A model generated the notes under the pieces. That model had not been told where the DNA came from. It was given only the letters and a program-made list of their open reading frames with translations, and did not search any database. A program made the translations under genes and the position numbers. From positions 1 through 35,820 of the IMG/VR virus record IMGVR_UViG_3300037439_000017: a stretch of DNA of 35,820 nucleotides, one strand, 5' to 3'. This stretch comes from a virus (lineage: Duplodnaviria > Caudoviricetes). The number at the start of each line of letters is the position of its first letter. Position 1 is the first letter of the stretch. Positions 32,444 to 35,820 of the stretch are shown here, one piece after another.

Positions 32444-32766
32444 AGCCGAACCACAGTTCCCGCAAGCCGTACACGCCCGGCAATCGCCCGCAGCGGCAGA
32501 AGCCGGTGACAGAGCGTCACCTGGTCCGCCGCGCGCCGAAGAAGAACGGCGGCTTCAGCTGGGGCCGCTTCCCGATGGGCGATACCGGGATCGTCTCCTA
32601 TCGGCTGTTCCGTCGCGACGAGAACCGGGCGCTGCACACGTCGATCGCCGACTTTGCCGCGGGGACGTCGCGCTCCGCCATTGCCGAGGTCATCGCCTGC
32701 AAGCGCAACGAGCTGCGCGACCGCGTCGACATGCTGGCGTTTCTGGGATGGGAGATCGCGGCATGA
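32440..32766 (+). CDS. Hypothetical protein
   Basis: GTG at 32440; coupled. Confidence 0.6.
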   Translation: MKPNHSSRKPYTPGNRPQRQKPVTERHLVRRAPKKNGGFSWGRFPMGDTGIVSYRLFRRDENRALHTSIADFAAGTSRSAIAEVIACKRNELRDRVDMLAFLGWEIAA

Positions 32767-33023
32767 ATCAGTTGATCCCACGCCTCCCGAAGCGCAAGCG
32801 CCAGCCGACGGCGGACTGCATGCGCGAGCAGCTGGCCTTAGCTGCGGACGAGATTATCCGGCTCAAGAGCGAACTGGATCAACGCCATCCATTCGACTTG
32901 TTTTTCGGCGCCAGAGAACTCGGTTGCTCGGGCAGTTCACCGGTCGGTGGCTACATCGATCCTAACTCAATCCGGGGACCAAGGCCATCGTGGTGGGAAC
33001 GACTCACGAGGAAGGTGGCATGA
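32763..33023 (+). CDS. Hypothetical protein
   Basis: GGAG RBS; AADEIIRL motif. Confidence 0.6.
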   Translation: MNQLIPRLPKRKRQPTADCMREQLALAADEIIRLKSELDQRHPFDLFFGARELGCSGSSPVGGYIDPNSIRGPRPSWWERLTRKVA

Positions 33024-33319
33024 AGAAGCGCACGCACGCCCCGCGCCAACAGCCGCGCGCCAAGCGACAGACCGACCTCAAGGCATCCATGCAGAAGGCG
33101 CTGGCCATCGTGCAGCGCGCGGTCGGCAGCGAGATGCAGGTGACCATCATCGCCAGGCATCCCACGAACCGCGATGCGGAGATCTGGCTGGGCCGAGACG
33201 ATCCTGACCAACTGATGGGCATGCTGCTGCGCAGGCGCGCTCAGTACGACGCATCTCGAAAGTCGGGCGCCATCGTCGTCGCGCCGGAGGAAAACCATGT
33301 GGATGCAGGTAGCGAGTGA
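33020..33319 (+). CDS. Hypothetical protein
   Basis: ATGA overlap; 99 aa. Confidence 0.6.
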   Translation: MKKRTHAPRQQPRAKRQTDLKASMQKALAIVQRAVGSEMQVTIIARHPTNRDAEIWLGRDDPDQLMGMLLRRRAQYDASRKSGAIVVAPEENHVDAGSE

Positions 33320-33361
33320 CGCGCCGCTTGGTAGCGCGTCGTTTTTCAGAGGGGAGAGGTG

Positions 33362-33664
33362 ATGGGTAGCTGGAACTATGCCGACGCAAATAGCAGCATG
33401 ACGGGCGCGATGCAGTGCTCTGCTTGCGGCAATAAAATCGAATCTGGCCGTTATCGCTATCGCATGAAATCCAAGCGCGGCGATTGGGGCTATGTCACAC
33501 AGCACGAAGCCTGTTCAACGGATGACGTGGTGTGGGCGGAAATGGATCGACAGATTGCACAGAACCGAGAAAGGCAGGCCGCCTTGTCGGATGCGTGCGT
33601 GGCGTTCAAAGCGGAATGGGGCGTGGATGAGCTTGACGACTACATCATTGGCGCTGCGACATGA
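33362..33664 (+). CDS. Small Zn-finger-like protein
   Basis: CSACG..I..G...H..C; GAGG RBS. Confidence 0.6.
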   Translation: MGSWNYADANSSMTGAMQCSACGNKIESGRYRYRMKSKRGDWGYVTQHEACSTDDVVWAEMDRQIAQNRERQAALSDACVAFKAEWGVDELDDYIIGAAT

Positions 33665-33704
33665 CCCGCCACCCCAATCGCCCGATGGGCCAGGAGCATG
33701 TGCG

Positions 33705-34103
33705 ATGAGCGATAAGCGAGGGGAGTTGTTGGCGAAGTGGCGCGAGGACGCGGCACTCATTCTCGCCCAAGGCGGCGACCGTGGAAAGGACTACGCGGCC
33801 GGGGTCACATTCTGCGCCGACGAGCTAGAAGCCACCCTGCGCGCCCTCACGCCGCTGGATGGGTGGCAGCCGATTGAGAGTGCGCCGAAGGATGGGACGG
33901 CAGTTCTTGGTGTGTGGATGCCGTTTCCGGGTGTGTTCACGCGCGTAACCGGCAACAACTACGGCATCACCGCCTACGACGACGAACGCGGCCATTGGAA
34001 TTTGGTGGATGACGGCGACGAACCAGACGAAGTGATGCGCCCCGACTACTGGCAACCACTCCCCGCCGCACCCACCACGCAGCCTTCAGGAGAGACGGAA
34101 TGA
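33705..34103 (+). CDS. DUF551-domain protein
   Basis: WQPIESAPKDG...PDYWQPLPAAP; AGGAG RBS. Confidence 0.75.
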   Translation: MSDKRGELLAKWREDAALILAQGGDRGKDYAAGVTFCADELEATLRALTPLDGWQPIESAPKDGTAVLGVWMPFPGVFTRVTGNNYGITAYDDERGHWNLVDDGDEPDEVMRPDYWQPLPAAPTTQPSGETE

Positions 34104-34429
34104 GCGCACATACGCCGGGGCCGTGGAGGGAAGTTTGCAATCACTACTCGCGCTACGAGATTCACTACGCGGGAGGCCAGTTGGCAGGCGTAGCTAAGTG
34201 GGACGACCCCGCATCGCCGCCGCCAATCCCTGAAATGCACGCTAACGCCCGCCTGATCGCCGCCGCGCCGGATCAAAACGAGGCGCTGATTGAGGTCGAG
34301 ACTTACTTCGCCGAGCGTGCGGATGCCGAATATTTCACGGACTCCGCTTCGCCGGTAGGGAACGAGGAAATGCGCCTGCTCGTCATCGTGCGAGCCGCCC
34401 TCGCCAAAGCCACCGGAGAACAGCCATGA
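34100..34429 (+). CDS. Hypothetical phage protein (HTPGPW...ANARLIAAAP family)
   Basis: Recognisable terminal motifs HTPGPW, NARLIAAAPD, RAALAKA. Confidence 0.75.
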   Translation: MSAHTPGPWREVCNHYSRYEIHYAGGQLAGVAKWDDPASPPPIPEMHANARLIAAAPDQNEALIEVETYFAERADAEYFTDSASPVGNEEMRLLVIVRAALAKATGEQP

Positions 34430-35406
34430 CCAACGATAACGCGGCGCTGGTGAGATTGGCTGATCGACTCGCAGACGCAGCGCGGATATACAACGAGGGT
34501 CGCACAACGATGCAGCATGTCGCTGGCGTGGCCGTCGATGTATCGCGCGAACTCCGCGCCCTCGCCACTTCGCCCGCCAGCGAGCCCGGTGAGGCTGTGG
34601 CGCGTGTGGACGCAACCGACGATGGGTTCTTCGCTGAAATCCTGCCGGATAGAAGCGTAACGCTCGGTCAGTTGCTCTACACCCACCCGGCCGTCGCTGC
34701 GCAAGTAAGTGATGGTGCCGTCCACGCCGCGCTGTGTTTTCTGGGTGAGTTGGAAACAGCCGGTAACACGAAGGCAGGCGAAATTGCATCAGCGCTGAGG
34801 AACCGCCGCGCCCAGCCGCAGCAGGTGGGGGAATCGTCGTGGATGGGCGCGAAAGCAATCATCGAAGACCAGCAGGTAGATGCCGCCTTCAAGACGTTCG
34901 GTGAAAACATGGACGAAGACGGTGCGATTGGAATCGTGCAGGCGATCATCGGTGTTCTTGCGCTATACGCCGCCGCCGAGCAGCCCGCCAACCCGGCTGG
35001 TGATGGGGAGGCGCTGGATATGGCGGCGCTCTACGGCATGTTCCGAGCCATCGTGGACGCGGGCGGGCCCACGACTATCGCGCGTCATGGCGTTGAACGC
35101 GGCAGCGACGAGTGGGAGAAGAAGGTTCGCGCCGGGATGATTGCCATTGAGCGCGCTTTCCACCCAAGCCGATTCGATGAAACAGCCCCCACCCCACGCA
35201 CCGACGAACCGGCAGGGGGTGTGGATGCGTTGGTCGAGCGCGCGTGCAGAGACTTGCCGACGGGTTATCTGCTGTCCATCTACGCCGAAGCTGGCGCCGG
35301 ATGGGTCGAACTGCATGGTCCGATGGGCGTCAAGGTAAACCTCGACGTTGCGGACAGGACTATCGCCGAGCAAGTGGAAGCCGCACTCACCGAGGCCGCG
35401 CAGTGA
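34426..35406 (+). CDS. Mosaic hypothetical early protein
   Basis: 326 aa; EAVA..LYTHP and LYAA modules typical of modular early proteins. Confidence 0.65.
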   Translation: MTNDNAALVRLADRLADAARIYNEGRTTMQHVAGVAVDVSRELRALATSPASEPGEAVARVDATDDGFFAEILPDRSVTLGQLLYTHPAVAAQVSDGAVHAALCFLGELETAGNTKAGEIASALRNRRAQPQQVGESSWMGAKAIIEDQQVDAAFKTFGENMDEDGAIGIVQAIIGVLALYAAAEQPANPAGDGEALDMAALYGMFRAIVDAGGPTTIARHGVERGSDEWEKKVRAGMIAIERAFHPSRFDETAPTPRTDEPAGGVDALVERACRDLPTGYLLSIYAEAGAGWVELHGPMGVKVNLDVADRTIAEQVEAALTEAAQ

Positions 35407-35726
35407 GCGCGCCCGTTGATGTGCTGGCGTCGCTGGATGCCGAAATCGAACGCGCGCGTATTGCTGTCGCTGTGGGCCACGCCGATGGATACCTGTTGGC
35501 GGAATGCGAGGAGGTCCGCGCCGCAGTCGCGGAGTCCCATGCCGCGCTTTGTGTCGGTTACCTGCTCGCGTTGCAACTGCCTGACAGCGCTCTACGCATC
35601 CGCAACCAGAGAGCCCTGTGCCAGATGCGCGACGCCATCGCCAAGTTCGAGAACCGAGATCAGCAGGCCGTGCAGGAAGAATATGAAGAGCGCGCCTTGA
35701 TGGCCCGCTGCGGAGCCGCGCAGTGA
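35403..35726 (+). CDS. Hypothetical early protein
   Basis: GTG at 35403; SAPVDVLA...RAAVAE...ARCGAAQ. Confidence 0.6.
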   Translation: MSAPVDVLASLDAEIERARIAVAVGHADGYLLAECEEVRAAVAESHAALCVGYLLALQLPDSALRIRNQRALCQMRDAIAKFENRDQQAVQEEYEERALMARCGAAQ

Positions 35727-35820
35727 GCGGGGCGCGGGTGGCACCGGCCGAGATTGAGCGAGGGTGGAACGACACGTTCAGCACCACAAACCCCTTCTGC
35801 CCATGCGATCTCAAGTCATT
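35723..35820 (+). CDS. Hypothetical protein, 5' part (runs off window)
   Basis: GTGA overlap; open to the window end. Confidence 0.4.
   Translation, partial: MSGARVAPAEIERGWNDTFSTTNPFCPCDLKS

Larger units (their letters stand above)
1..35820. mobile_element. Temperate lambdoid siphophage or prophage, partial (tail tube to early-left region)
   Basis: Contiguous phage gene order: tail, neck, capsid, protease, portal, terminase, lysis, Q-like, nin-like, DnaB, initiator, cII, cro // cI, PL, ERF, exonuclease. No host housekeeping genes. Confidence 0.97.

Overview
The whole window is the central part of a GC-rich temperate lambdoid siphophage or prophage. A Xanthomonadales-like host is my inference only. 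The minus strand carries cro, cII-like, replication, nin-like, Q-like, lysis, terminase, portal, head, neck and tail genes, and the tail continues off the left end. The plus strand carries cI, lysogenic membrane/lipoprotein genes and the PL early operon with ERF and a YqaJ exonuclease. No integrase or att site is in view. The most notable element is a self-contained cassette (about 9978-11954) between portal and prohead protease. It holds a stand-alone Cas7/Csm3-like RAMP gene, a winged-helix-like partner, a divergent XRE regulator and two hairpin-delimited arrays of GGY-NN pentamers. Read as a gapped code (NN-x-NN-x), array 2 spells the antisense of the conserved prohead-protease motif (N/K)-(I/M)-R-(I/M)-(N/K)-(H/Q)-L-A-L-V. 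The phage's own adjacent protease gene keeps only a broken half of that site, at an internal duplication junction. This suggests an RNA-guided system against competing phages, with escape from self-targeting. A second notable module is a four-enzyme glycosyltransferase-like cassette inside the neck-tail operon, a candidate for virion glycosylation. All family assignments come from motif recognition by eye; no searches were run.
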